This document shows positions 17,876-27,204 of a stretch of DNA of 49,349 nucleotides, piece by piece. Location: assembly GCA_944332215.1 (NCBI GenBank), contig CALVJP010000052.1:1-49349 (forward strand). Reading direction: 5' to 3'. Every line of letters begins with the position of its first letter. Position 1 is the stretch's first letter. This DNA is from an uncultured Bacilli bacterium (GTDB taxonomy: Bacteria; Bacillota_I; Bacilli_A; RF39; UBA660). The position numbers were made by a program, and so were the translations under genes. The notes beneath the pieces are model-generated. The model was not told the origin of the DNA, did not search any database, and saw only the letters and a list, made by a program, of their open reading frames with translations.

Positions 17876-18282
17876 TGACAAATAAAGGATTTACACTATT
17901 GGAATTATTGGCAATTATTGTATTACTGGCTGTAATTGCGATTATTACTGTGCCAGTGGTAATTGGCGTTATTGATGATGCCCGTAAGAAAGCTTTTACG
18001 GACTCAGCTTATAATTTAGTTAAAGCTGCTCAGACATATCAAACGGTTAATGGTGGGGACATTGAAGTTAAAATCAACTATACGAATGGAAATCCTAGTT
18101 TAGATATTGGCAAATTTAAAGGCGATCTTCCAGATAGTGGTACTTTTATTTTAGATAGTAGTGGAAAATCAGAAATGAAAATTTGGCGTGATGACCTTAA
18201 AGTATGTGCTGTCAAAGAAAAAAATAGTAAAAAAATTGAAATATCAGAAACTATTACAACTAAAGAAGCGTGTAAGCTATAG
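17875..18282 (+). CDS. Second type IV pilin / pseudopilin
   Basis: MTNKG followed by FTLLELLAIIVLLAVIAIITVP. The start overlaps the stop of the first pilin (TAATG). Confidence 0.75.
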   Translation: MTNKGFTLLELLAIIVLLAVIAIITVPVVIGVIDDARKKAFTDSAYNLVKAAQTYQTVNGGDIEVKINYTNGNPSLDIGKFKGDLPDSGTFILDSSGKSEMKIWRDDLKVCAVKEKNSKKIEISETITTKEACKL

Positions 18283-18297
18283 AAACTAGGTGATCAA

Positions 18298-19119
18298 ATG
18301 AGTGCAGGATTATCAAAAGCCCAAATTGTGGCTTTAATTACAATTGCCTTAATTATTGGCCTTGCTTTTTTTATTGGATACAAAATAACGACTAAAAAAA
18401 CTAATGAAATAACTTATTTGCAATATCAAGAAAGTTATCCTGAAATCACTTTGAAAGGCAGTTATTTAGAATATACTGAGTTGGGGGAAGAGTATATTGA
18501 TAAAGGGGCCATAGCTAAAGATAAAAGTGGAAACACTTTGGAAGTGGTTACTACTTATTATAAAAATGGTACCCGCCTTAGTCAAATTCCAACCGATATA
18601 GCCGGACATTATTTAGTTAAATATACAGCTTATGATCAAAAAACTAAAAATGCCACACGAGTAGTAATTATTAGAGATGGTAAAGCTCCAACGATTAGCA
18701 TTCCCGAAAAACAGACCATTACAAGTGCTGAAGCTGCTTCATTTGATTTAAATGATGGCGTGGTAGCGACTGATAATTCGGGGCAAGTTACTTTAACTTA
18801 TGATAATACTTTATCGATAGTCCCGGGAGAGTATATTATTACTTATGAGGCTCAAGATCTATCTGGTAATAAAACTTATCGAAAGCGGTTAATTAAGGTT
18901 ATCTCAGGAATCGAATTTGATTATCATGATGGCGTTTTAACCATTAACTTTCCTCCAAGCCCTAATGATAGTCATTATGTTTATAAATATAGCTTAGATG
19001 GCGGGACAACTTTTACGGAGGGAACTTATAAAACAGAAATCAATTTAAATAGTGGCACAGTTATTGCTAGCGTTTATGAAAATGATAAATATATTATGGC
19101 CAATAGTTTTAGCATATAA
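18298..19119 (+). CDS. Membrane-anchored protein with two bacterial Ig-like (DUF5011/HYR-like) repeats
   Basis: The N-terminal TM segment has no prepilin motif. Two repeats fit the pattern P.I.L.G...Y.D.GA.A.D..GN.L...GxYxVxYxAxDxxGN...R.V.V. Confidence 0.55.
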   Translation: MSAGLSKAQIVALITIALIIGLAFFIGYKITTKKTNEITYLQYQESYPEITLKGSYLEYTELGEEYIDKGAIAKDKSGNTLEVVTTYYKNGTRLSQIPTDIAGHYLVKYTAYDQKTKNATRVVIIRDGKAPTISIPEKQTITSAEAASFDLNDGVVATDNSGQVTLTYDNTLSIVPGEYIITYEAQDLSGNKTYRKRLIKVISGIEFDYHDGVLTINFPPSPNDSHYVYKYSLDGGTTFTEGTYKTEINLNSGTVIASVYENDKYIMANSFSI

Positions 19120-19141
19120 AAAACGGATTAACTCCGTTTTA
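19118..19141. terminator. Bidirectional terminator shared by the pilin operon and lexA
   Basis: AAACGGA-ttaac-TCCGTTT hairpin flanked by an A-run (19118-19123) and a T-run. It overlaps both stop codons. Confidence 0.65.
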
Positions 19142-19756
19142 TATTTGGCGATATAGACCAATGGCTTTACCAAGAATGGTTACATTGTTTAAGATAATTG
19201 GCTCCATGGTGTCATTTTCGGGTTGTAAACGAAAATGATCTTTTTCTTTATAAAAAGTTTTTAAAGTGACTTCGTTATCATCGGTCATGGCCACAACAAT
19301 TTCTCCATTACGAGCAGTATTTCCACGCTCTACAATAACAATATCGTCATCTAAAATGCCGGCATTGATCATACTAGTACCGCTTACTTTTAAGGTGAAA
19401 ACTTCTTTACCTTTGGGTAATAAATATGAAGGTAAACTAAAATATTCATCAGGCATTTCGATAGCTTCTATGGGGGAGCCTGCCGTAATTTTCCCAAGCA
19501 AAGGTACTTTAGCCACTTCTTCATTTTCAGGAACGTATTCATTTTCAACTAGTAATTCAATAGCTCGGTTTTTGGAATTGTCTTTACGGATAATTCCTTT
19601 TTTTTCTAAATTTTTTAAATGAGCATGAATAGTTGCCGGTGACGAGATGTCTAAAGCCTTTCCAATTTCTCTAACAGTGGGTGGGTAGCCATGGGATACA
19701 ATATATTCTTTAACATAGTCTAATACATCCTTTTGACGACTAGTTAGCTTTTCCAT
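19139..19756 (-). CDS. lexA: SOS repressor LexA
   Basis: Winged-HTH N-terminus (PPTVREIGKALDISSPATIHAHLKNLEKKG), an AG cleavage site, and an S24 peptidase domain (VSGTSMINAGI...VTLKTF). Confidence 0.95.
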   Translation of the reverse strand: MEKLTSRQKDVLDYVKEYIVSHGYPPTVREIGKALDISSPATIHAHLKNLEKKGIIRKDNSKNRAIELLVENEYVPENEEVAKVPLLGKITAGSPIEAIEMPDEYFSLPSYLLPKGKEVFTLKVSGTSMINAGILDDDIVIVERGNTARNGEIVVAMTDDNEVTLKTFYKEKDHFRLQPENDTMEPIILNNVTILGKAIGLYRQI

Positions 19757-19783
19757 TTTCTTCCTCCTTTATTCTCTAATTAA

Positions 19784-19812
19784 ATTTTATGTCAATTTGA
19801 CGTAAAAGTCAA
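19784..19812 (-). promoter_or_regulatory. Putative lexA promoter
   Basis: On the minus strand: TTGACT, a 17-bp spacer, then TAAAAT. Confidence 0.5.
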
Positions 19813-19831
19813 GCATTTTTTTGAAACACGC

Positions 19832-19860
19832 TTGACACGAATATATGTTCGTGATAAAAT
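19832..19860 (+). promoter_or_regulatory. Consensus promoter with a LexA operator in its spacer
   Basis: TTGACA (19832-19837), a 17-bp spacer, then TAAAAT (19855-19860). The spacer begins with the SOS box. Confidence 0.65.
19838..19851. promoter_or_regulatory. LexA (Cheo/DinR) box
   Basis: CGAATATATGTTCG is a near-perfect palindrome. It differs at one position from the Gram-positive consensus CGAACATATGTTCG. Confidence 0.7.
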
Positions 19861-19886
19861 AAAAATACAAAAGGAGGCTGAATATA

Positions 19887-20024
19887 ATGGAAATGTTAAA
19901 AAATAAAGTGACAATTTTATTAATTATGATGGTGTTAGGAGTAGCTTATATTGGGGCTTTGGATAATAATAGCTTAGAAGATCAGACTAGAAGTGCTGAG
20001 CAAGCAATTTCAGTAAATGCTTAA
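19887..20024 (+). CDS. 45-aa single-pass membrane peptide under the SOS-box promoter (candidate YneA/SosA-type SOS cell-division inhibitor)
   Basis: AAGGAGG lies 8 nt before the ATG. The product is MEMLKNKVTILLIMMVLGVAYIGALDNNSLEDQTRSAEQAISVNA. It is below the 60-aa cutoff of the ORF track. It occupies the lexA-tkt interval, as yneA (B. subtilis) and sosA (S. aureus) do. Confidence 0.45.
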   Translation: MEMLKNKVTILLIMMVLGVAYIGALDNNSLEDQTRSAEQAISVNA

Positions 20025-20083
20025 TTTAAGTTTACCTATAAGCATAAATTTGTTATAATGTTATTAGAATAAGAGGGATATAA

Positions 20084-22027
20084 ATGGAAAAAGTTATAGC
20101 AAATTTAAAAACTTTGGGAATTGATATGATTCATCAGGCTAATAGTGGGCATCCAGGAATTGTGCTTTCAGCGGCCCCAATGCTTTATACTTTATATGCT
20201 AAACATATGCATATAAATCCCAAAGACCCCCGCTGGATAAATCGTGACCGTTTAGTCTTATCAGCCGGTCATGGCTCAGCTTTATTATATGCGGTTTTAT
20301 ATATGGTAGGTTTTTTAACCCTTAAAGATTTAAAGGAATTTAGACAATTAAGCTCAGTTACCCCTGGACATCCAGAGTATCAAGTAACTCCTGGAGTTGA
20401 TATGAGTACAGGTCCTCTTGGCCAAGGGTTAGCAACAGCGGTTGGCATGGCGATGGGGGAAAAGCATTTACAAACAAAATTTCCTAATTACGACCTTATT
20501 AATTATTATGTTTATTGTGTTTGTGGTGATGGAGATTTAATGGAAGGTATAAGTTATGAAGCAGCTTCGTTAGCTGGGACTTTAAAATTAGATAATTTAA
20601 TTGTTTTATATGATTCTAATGATACTTCCTTGGATGGAAAAACAACAGGAACTTTTACTGAAGATGTTCGTGAGCGTTTCGATAGCATGGGGTGGTATAC
20701 TACTGTGGTCCGTGATGGAACTAATCCTAAAGAGATCGATAAAGCAATCATTCGTGCTAAAAAAAGTGGCTTGCCTTCTTTAATTGAAGTCAAAACGATT
20801 TTAGGCGATGGCTCATTATTAGCTAATAGTCATGAAGCCCATGGTAAACCATTAACTGATGAGGATATTACACAGTTAAAGAAAAAATTAGGTATGCCGC
20901 AAACACCATTTTATGTCGATGAGACTGCGCTTATGTCATTTCGAGAAGAAGTGATGAAACGTAGTGGCGATAAGTATATCGCTTGGCAAGAAGCATATGA
21001 AAATTATATTAATAAAGAGTGCCATGGCGATGAAACAGAATTTTTAAAATTTTATAATCGAGTTATTGAATTTGCCAATCATGATAAACCGTTTATTAAA
21101 TGTGAAACGGAAGCGACTAGAGTTAGTAATGGTAAAGTGCTTAACTTTTTGGCCAGTAAAACGGATTTATTATTTGGAGGTAGCGCTGATTTATTTAGCT
21201 CAACTAAAACTTATATTCAAAAGGGGGGCGACTTTGGACCTACAAATTATGCGGGGGCGAATATTTGGTTTGGAGTTAGAGAACATGCTATGGGAGCCAT
21301 TTTAAATGGTCTGGCTTTAACGGGATATTTACCGTTTGGTTCAACTTTTTTAAGTTTTGCTGATTATTTGAAACCGGCTATGCGCATGAGTGCTTTAATG
21401 AATTTACCAGTTACCTATGTTTTTACCCATGATTCAGTTAGCGTAGGGGAAGATGGACCGACACATGAGCCTGTTGAACAATTAGCGATGATGCGTGCTA
21501 TTCCTAATTTCAATGTTTATCGTCCTGCTGATTTTAAAGAAGTCTTGGGAGTTTGGAATGCCATTGTGACTTTGCAAAGGCCAAGTGCTATTGCTTTATC
21601 AAGGCAAGACACTCCTTGCTTAGAAAAGACAGATCCAGCTAAAGTTTTACACGGAGGATACATAGTCCGTGAAGAAACGACGGAATTGGGGGCGGTTTTA
21701 ATTGCCACAGGGACAGAAGTTAGTACGTGTATTAAAATAGCTGAATCTTTAGAAAAAGACGGGCGTGGAATTAGGGTAGTTAGTATGCCGTCAATTGAAT
21801 TATTTTTAGCCATGCCTAAAAAATACCAATATAAAATTTTGCCAGTTGGCGTTAAAACTTTCTTCGTAGAGGCAGGAAGCTCGCAAGGATTAAGACGCTT
21901 TGTGACGAATGATAAATATTTGATTACGATTGATGAATTTGGAGCTAGTGGAAAGGCTAACGACGTTTTAGGAAAAATGAATTTCCAAGAAGAACAAATA
22001 AAAAAACGAATTAAAGAATTATTGTAA
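20084..22027 (+). CDS. tkt: Transketolase
   Basis: SGHPG, the GDGDLMEG ThDP motif, and full length of about 647 aa. Confidence 0.95.
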   Translation: MEKVIANLKTLGIDMIHQANSGHPGIVLSAAPMLYTLYAKHMHINPKDPRWINRDRLVLSAGHGSALLYAVLYMVGFLTLKDLKEFRQLSSVTPGHPEYQVTPGVDMSTGPLGQGLATAVGMAMGEKHLQTKFPNYDLINYYVYCVCGDGDLMEGISYEAASLAGTLKLDNLIVLYDSNDTSLDGKTTGTFTEDVRERFDSMGWYTTVVRDGTNPKEIDKAIIRAKKSGLPSLIEVKTILGDGSLLANSHEAHGKPLTDEDITQLKKKLGMPQTPFYVDETALMSFREEVMKRSGDKYIAWQEAYENYINKECHGDETEFLKFYNRVIEFANHDKPFIKCETEATRVSNGKVLNFLASKTDLLFGGSADLFSSTKTYIQKGGDFGPTNYAGANIWFGVREHAMGAILNGLALTGYLPFGSTFLSFADYLKPAMRMSALMNLPVTYVFTHDSVSVGEDGPTHEPVEQLAMMRAIPNFNVYRPADFKEVLGVWNAIVTLQRPSAIALSRQDTPCLEKTDPAKVLHGGYIVREETTELGAVLIATGTEVSTCIKIAESLEKDGRGIRVVSMPSIELFLAMPKKYQYKILPVGVKTFFVEAGSSQGLRRFVTNDKYLITIDEFGASGKANDVLGKMNFQEEQIKKRIKELL

Positions 22028-22085
22028 TTTTCCTTGAAAAAATGCATAATTTCTAGTAAAATACCTTATAGAAAGGAATGATATA

Positions 22086-22310
22086 ATGAATTGGGGAGCC
22101 TTTTTAATAGATTTATTACAAATTGTAGGAGGTTTAGTTGTTGGATTAATTATTGGCTTTTTAGTGGCAAAACATTTTACCAAAAAACAACTAAAAGAAA
22201 ATCCACCAATTAATGAACAAATGATTAAAGCGATGATGTCTGGAATGGGACGTACACCTAGTCAAAAGCAGGTTAATCAAATGATGAAACAAATGCAAAA
22301 ATATATGTAA
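22086..22310 (+). CDS. yneF: UPF0154 (YneF family) small membrane protein
   Basis: An N-terminal TM segment followed by KENPPINEQMIKAMMSGMGRTPSQKQVNQMMKQM, the YneF signature. It lies downstream of tkt, as in B. subtilis. Confidence 0.7.
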   Translation: MNWGAFLIDLLQIVGGLVVGLIIGFLVAKHFTKKQLKENPPINEQMIKAMMSGMGRTPSQKQVNQMMKQMQKYM

Positions 22311-22329
22311 GACATATATTGTTAGGTTA

Positions 22330-22368
22330 AAAAGTTTTAGGATTTTTATGAAATTCTAAAACTTTTTT
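22330..22368 (+). terminator. Rho-independent terminator after yneF
   Basis: An 11-bp stem (AAAAGTTTTAG / CTAAAACTTTT) followed by a T-run. Confidence 0.6.
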
Positions 22369-22451
22369 ATAATTAAATTTTTCATTTTTTTGTTTGACAT
22401 TTGGTAATAATTATGTTACTATAACAGCGTTTTAAAAGGAGGGGAATTTAA

Positions 22452-23264
22452 ATGCTTGATTTTCAAAAAATACTTGATGTTCCAGAAATTTTACTTTTAA
22501 AAGGTACAAGATTAAGCTTTGACAAGCTTAAAGAATATGGATTTGTTGAAAAAGGAAATTATTTTATATATGCTAAACGATTAGATGAAAACTTAGAATT
22601 GCAGATTAAAATTACAAAAGATGGTCAAGTTGAAGATTTAGTTTTTGATGTCGAAACTAACGATAAGTATGCTCCTTTTTATCATTCATCAACCAAAAGT
22701 GCCTATATTACGAAAATGCGATGTGAATATGATGAGATAATTTTAGATATTATTGCTCAATGTTGTGAGTCAACCAAAGACATTTGCTCACGCACAGCAC
22801 GTAAAGAATTACTTCCTGGGCAATTAAAAACGGGAGATATGATTCTGTTCTCTGAGCAAGTCGAGGCGATGACTGCTGAATATGAAAGACTATATAAAAT
22901 CGAAGCTGAAAATGGAGTTTTATCGGATGTCGAACAAGCCAAAAAAGAAAATCTGGAAAGCCTTTTAGCTAACCCAGAAATATATGCAGGCGAAATACCA
23001 CAAGATATAATTGGTTATGGAACTAGATTTATGGCTTCAATCAATGGTCAAATACCGCGAAAATTTCAACTAGTTTATGCCAATTTGGGAGTGGGCTATG
23101 CCCTTGATGGTACGCTCTTTTTAAATCGCGATACATCGTTTGGACAGGCAGTATTTAATCAGCCCGTTGATGCAGAAATTAACTATGAAAATGATAAAGG
23201 TGTGCCATTTAAAGGAAAAATTGTTCAAATATTACCACATGCTTCAAAAACAAAAAATAAATAA
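22452..23264 (+). CDS. Hypothetical cytoplasmic protein; the C-terminal approximately 80 aa may be a GreA/GreB C-terminal-like domain
   Basis: Strong RBS (AAGGAGGGG). The C-terminal sequence RDTSFGQAVFNQPVDAEINYEN..G.PFKGKIVQI resembles the GreA C-terminal pattern (SP.G.AL.G..VGD.v....G....eI..I). The N-terminal part is unrecognised. Confidence 0.35.
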   Translation: MLDFQKILDVPEILLLKGTRLSFDKLKEYGFVEKGNYFIYAKRLDENLELQIKITKDGQVEDLVFDVETNDKYAPFYHSSTKSAYITKMRCEYDEIILDIIAQCCESTKDICSRTARKELLPGQLKTGDMILFSEQVEAMTAEYERLYKIEAENGVLSDVEQAKKENLESLLANPEIYAGEIPQDIIGYGTRFMASINGQIPRKFQLVYANLGVGYALDGTLFLNRDTSFGQAVFNQPVDAEINYENDKGVPFKGKIVQILPHASKTKNK

Positions 23265-23277
23265 TATTAGTTTAAGC

Positions 23278-23313
23278 CTTTGCAGAAAAGATAGTTGCAA
23301 AGTCTTTTTTTTT
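23278..23313 (+). terminator. Rho-independent terminator
   Basis: CTTTGCA-11 nt-TGCAAAG hairpin followed by a T-run of 9. Confidence 0.7.
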
Positions 23314-23475
23314 AACTTAAGCAGCATATTTAAAATTACAAACTTAACCGTAATTATTAAGTAACGATGGAAATATTTGGAAAATTATTTCAAAAATAAA
23401 TTGAATTTTACTTTTAATTATGTTATATTTAAAAAGTAGTAAACACATAGCAATAAAGGTGGTAAGGTAAGTTTT

Positions 23476-24177
23476 ATGGTGAATTTTGTGGTATGTGATG
23501 ATGAAGCGAAGTACCGTAATTTTGTTGATCGAGTGATAACAGCCTATATGATGAAAAATGAAATTGATTATCAAATTCATATGTTTAATGATTATGATAA
23601 ATCTTTTATGGACTTGGTAGGTAAAAAAATGCCATTTAAAATTTATATTTTAGATATTGAAACACCGACTCGTTCAGGCCTAGATGTGGCCAGAATAATT
23701 AGAAATAAAGATGTCGATAGCGTAATTATCTTTTTAACAGGCCATCAAGAACTAAGTCAAATTGTCATTAAACACGAATTTCTATTTCTATCTTTTATTA
23801 ATAAATTTGACGAATGCGAAGAACGTTTGATTTTATCCATCGAAAAGGCATTACAAGTTTTAAAAGCAAAAAAAACTATTCGCTTTAAAGATAATGGAAT
23901 TGTTTATACATTAGCCCTTGACGATATTTTATATGTAACTAAAGATAGTGTGGAACGAAAATGTATTATAAAAACCGATTATGCCGAATTTAAAGTGAGT
24001 AAAGCATTAAATGAAATAGAAGAAATGTTAAGCGGTAGCTTTGCGAAAACTCATCGAGCTTGCATTGTAAACAAAAAACGGGTAGTTAGTTTTAGCAAGC
24101 CAAAAAAAATTATTGTTTTTGATAATGGCGAATCGATCGATTTAGTCTCAACAAGATTCGAAGGAGAATTAATCTAA
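23476..24177 (+). CDS. LytTR-family response regulator (AgrA/LytR-type); no adjacent histidine kinase
   Basis: A receiver domain (VVCDDE...ILDIETP...FLTGH) plus a C-terminal LytTR DNA-binding domain (IRFKDNG..YTLALDDILYV...HRACIVNKKRV). Confidence 0.8.
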   Translation: MVNFVVCDDEAKYRNFVDRVITAYMMKNEIDYQIHMFNDYDKSFMDLVGKKMPFKIYILDIETPTRSGLDVARIIRNKDVDSVIIFLTGHQELSQIVIKHEFLFLSFINKFDECEERLILSIEKALQVLKAKKTIRFKDNGIVYTLALDDILYVTKDSVERKCIIKTDYAEFKVSKALNEIEEMLSGSFAKTHRACIVNKKRVVSFSKPKKIIVFDNGESIDLVSTRFEGELI

Positions 24178-24239
24178 CAGGTTATTGTGATAACCCTGTT
24201 TTTTTTTACCATTTTACATATACTAATAGTGGTGATACG

Positions 24240-24875
24240 ATGTTAATAGTCGGAATAACGGGGCGAATCGGTAAAAATGAAGGCCATGAGACTGTTTTAG
24301 CTTATAAAGCTTTATGTGATATTTTATTTCAATATGATATTTTGCCAATATGTTTAATCCCCAATGCTTCCTCAGGAAAACTAAGTGATAAAGAATTTGA
24401 AAAGTTAAAGCAAATGATCAGTTTTTGTGATGGCATCATTTTACAAGGTGGTGAACAATTTAATGATTATGATTTAAGACTAACTCAATATGTCTATGAT
24501 GAAGATATTCCGACTTTAGGTATTTGTTTAGGCTTACAGCAAATGGGGTATATTTGTGGTGGCCAGCTTTTAAGCATTACTAATCATATAAGCGATATGA
24601 ATTATGCTCATTATATTAAAATTGTCCCAAATAGTAAGTTATATGAAATAATTGGAAAAGAATTTATATTTGTCAATAGTTATCATCATAATTGTATCGC
24701 GCAACCTCATTTAACGATTTCGGCGTATTGTGGTGATGTCATTGAAGCCTTAGAAGATAAAAACAAAACATTTTTCATAGGAGTCCAATGGCATCCAGAA
24801 AAATTATTTGACGAAAATACCGATAAACTGTTTAGAGCCTTTATAAAAGCTATCTTGCAAAAAAAAGGGAAATAA
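24240..24875 (+). CDS. Class I glutamine amidotransferase-like / peptidase C26 (gamma-glutamyl hydrolase family)
   Basis: The GICLGLQQM nucleophile elbow and the GVQWHPE His-Glu motif. Confidence 0.75.
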   Translation: MLIVGITGRIGKNEGHETVLAYKALCDILFQYDILPICLIPNASSGKLSDKEFEKLKQMISFCDGIILQGGEQFNDYDLRLTQYVYDEDIPTLGICLGLQQMGYICGGQLLSITNHISDMNYAHYIKIVPNSKLYEIIGKEFIFVNSYHHNCIAQPHLTISAYCGDVIEALEDKNKTFFIGVQWHPEKLFDENTDKLFRAFIKAILQKKGK

Positions 24876-24882
24876 TATATAA

Positions 24883-26039
<1,157 letters not shown>

Positions 26040-26068
26040 CAAAATATATTAGATTTCAAGTCATATTT

Positions 26069-26431
26069 TTATGATTCTTTTTTCATATTAATACCAAACA
26101 TGCTACCAAAAACGGCACTGATTAGAAGTAGGGCATAGAAAATAAAGTTTTTAAGGGTAACATTAACAAAAATCAAATTGAAAACCATGATTAAAATAGC
26201 CATGATTAAGCCTAATTTTAGGCCTTCTATCCACCCGTTTTGTTTGGCTTCTTTTCCCATAACATAACCACCTAAAGCTAAAGCAAATAATGGAATAATA
26301 ATTTTGGCGATGTTAATGAATTTATTGCCAATTATGTCAAAATAATTTAATAAAGTAATTAAAAATGTTAAAATAATAAGACTACCAGTAGCAAAGAGCA
26401 AGCCTTTTAAAATTCTTTTTAAGTGTTTCAT
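26069..26431 (-). CDS. Small polytopic membrane protein, YrzE/TIGR04086-like
   Basis: AGGAGG RBS. It has four hydrophobic segments and the GGYVMGKEAKQNGWIEGLKLGL motif, and its position near tgt/spoVB matches B. subtilis yrzE. Confidence 0.5.
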   Translation of the reverse strand: MKHLKRILKGLLFATGSLIILTFLITLLNYFDIIGNKFINIAKIIIPLFALALGGYVMGKEAKQNGWIEGLKLGLIMAILIMVFNLIFVNVTLKNFIFYALLLISAVFGSMFGINMKKES

Positions 26432-26629
26432 AGAGTCCTCCTATTTAAATTTATGAGCGAAATGGGCAAATATGTGTTATTTATAAGGAAAGTGCATAAA
26501 AACTTTTACAAGAACTTGCTAGTTTATAATGGAGGCAAGGGTAAGGATATTTAACAGATAAAATAAATGTAAGAACACCTATTAATATTGCTCTATGGAA
26601 AAGCAAAATTTATTTTGTTTATGTCCCGC

Positions 26630-26658
26630 TTGAAAAATCGAAGGCTATATGGTATACT
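26630..26658 (+). promoter_or_regulatory. Sigma-A-type promoter
   Basis: TTGAAA, a 17-bp spacer (ending TGG), then TATACT. Confidence 0.55.
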
Positions 26659-26696
26659 AATAACGATGTGATAGGGTAAAGAGAGGTATGAATAGT

Positions 26697-27200
26697 ATGA
26701 GAATAAATAAAAGTAACCACATTTTATTAGGCGTCGTAGTGGTGGCGACTTTAGTTGTTGGTTATGCTGTATTTGCAGCTCCCTTATCCGGAGACAATAT
26801 AACAGGATCAGCTAATAATTGGAATATTGGATTTATTGATGCTAAAAAAGTCGCAGTTAATGGCCAAGCTACCGAAACTTCTGAGGTAGTTTATAATGCT
26901 AACAGTGCCACTTTTAATATTTCATTTGCTGGACCTGGAGATAGTATCACTTATGATTTTGCCATTAAAAACAATGGTCTTTTAGATGCTAAAGTTGATA
27001 GTATTCATATTTTACCAAGTAATAAAATAGACGACGTAGCTTTATTTGAGGTAAAAGGTTTAGAAGTTGGTGATGAATTAGATGCCGGGGAAGTTACACA
27101 TATGCAAGTGATCGCCACTTATAATAGTAATTATCAGGATGTGGCAAAAAATGTTTCTAAAGGTGTGACTGTGGTCGTTAATTACAAAGAAAATAGCTAG
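26697..27200 (+). CDS. Secreted TasA/camelysin-like (peptidase M73-type beta-sandwich) protein with a SipW-type-looking signal peptide
   Basis: The signal anchor ends in VGYAVFAAP (compare the GGT(F/Y)A(F/Y)F SipW-cognate motif). FNISFAGPGDSITYDFAIKNNGLLDAKV parallels TasA NLSNLKPGDKLTKDFQFENNGSLAIKEV. The RBS GAGAGG favours the ATG at 26697 over 26688. Confidence 0.4.
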   Translation: MRINKSNHILLGVVVVATLVVGYAVFAAPLSGDNITGSANNWNIGFIDAKKVAVNGQATETSEVVYNANSATFNISFAGPGDSITYDFAIKNNGLLDAKVDSIHILPSNKIDDVALFEVKGLEVGDELDAGEVTHMQVIATYNSNYQDVAKNVSKGVTVVVNYKENS

Positions 27201-27204
27201 TAGG

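Noticed and set aside
21517-22047. A 176-aa minus-strand ORF antisense to the 3' end of tkt. Similar antisense ORFs occur elsewhere (for example 2102..2284, 5304..5543, 7912..8187, 13762..14073, 19266..19622, 30272..30583, 43138..43434).
   Set aside because: These are shadow ORFs opposite strongly supported housekeeping genes. None has an RBS or promoter, their composition is typical of antisense frames in AT-rich DNA, and none has recognisable motifs.
23344-23580. A 78-aa minus-strand ORF overlapping the response-regulator start, and a 10-codon + strand ORF MEIFGKLFQK (23367-23399) that could be read as a pheromone gene for the LytTR regulator.
   Set aside because: Neither has a Shine-Dalgarno sequence. 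The 78-aa ORF overlaps the regulator's start and RBS. The 10-aa peptide has no leader or processing motif, and its only support is proximity.
26432-26629. A roughly 200-bp untranslated gap upstream of the TasA-like gene promoter, examined for an sRNA, riboswitch or small ORF.
   Set aside because: I found no convincing promoter-terminator pair, no stable hairpins, and only trivial ORFs without an RBS (for example MEARVRIFNR).
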